NCBI GenBank assembly: GCA_031411295.1
Contig: JANOAV010000048.1
Coordinates: forward strand, 1-64,000
DNA: 64,000 nucleotides
Direction: 5' to 3'
Source of the DNA: Verrucomicrobiales bacterium
GTDB lineage: Bacteria > Verrucomicrobiota > Verrucomicrobiia > Verrucomicrobiales > V1-33
Part shown: one piece after another, positions 63,879 to 64,000 of the stretch
How positions within the stretch are numbered: the stretch's first letter is position 1
Layout: the number at the start of each line of letters is the position of its first letter
Made by a program: the position numbers and the translations under genes
Notes under the pieces: model-generated
The model's database searches: none
What the model was told of the DNA's origin: nothing
The model's input: the letters and a program-made list of their open reading frames with translations, nothing else

Positions 63879-64000
63879 TTCGGTTAATTTCGTGAAGAGA
63901 AACAACCACTTAATTTCTTCTCACTTGATTGACGGTCAGCGAAAATTGTTGCGGCCACTAAATCACTAATAGCAACCAAAACCACATAACAAACAAATGA

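Overview
GC-rich bacterial chromosome segment, most likely Verrucomicrobia. This is inferred from a Minf_1886-family gene, a PEP-CTERM protein, a lamin-tail/CotH giant protein and an autotransporter-repeat protein. Layout: (1) 1-8.7 kb is an accessory array centred on an intact Y1/HUH REP-associated-type tyrosine transposase (RAYT-like). Two families of short direct repeats (A about 28-36 bp x7, B 25 bp x4) and a 148-bp duplication separate toxin-antitoxin modules, gene fragments and a second, disrupted transposase copy. This is the best candidate for an undescribed cassette-capture system. (2) 8.8-26.3 kb holds secreted and signalling genes, including a ~2170-codon CotH/lamin-tail reading frame split by one in-frame TAG. 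(3) 26.9-37.6 kb holds a REP-flanked polyvalent-kinase-like gene and a MarR-linked xylan esterase/xylanase/sugar-ABC locus, interrupted by a hairpin-flanked GxxExxY gene. (4) 37.7-59.7 kb is mostly housekeeping (hprK, ptsH, ruvB, riboflavin synthase, proC, a two-component system, hemC, hemA, ccsA-like). (5) 59.8-64 kb has tandem REP doublets (REPIN-like) and a zinc dehydrogenase whose 3' end recurs twice downstream with mostly synonymous divergence, each copy following a cargo segment (a hypothetical gene; mazEF). No rRNA, tRNA or CRISPR array was recognised. All family calls come from motif recognition by eye, with no database search.
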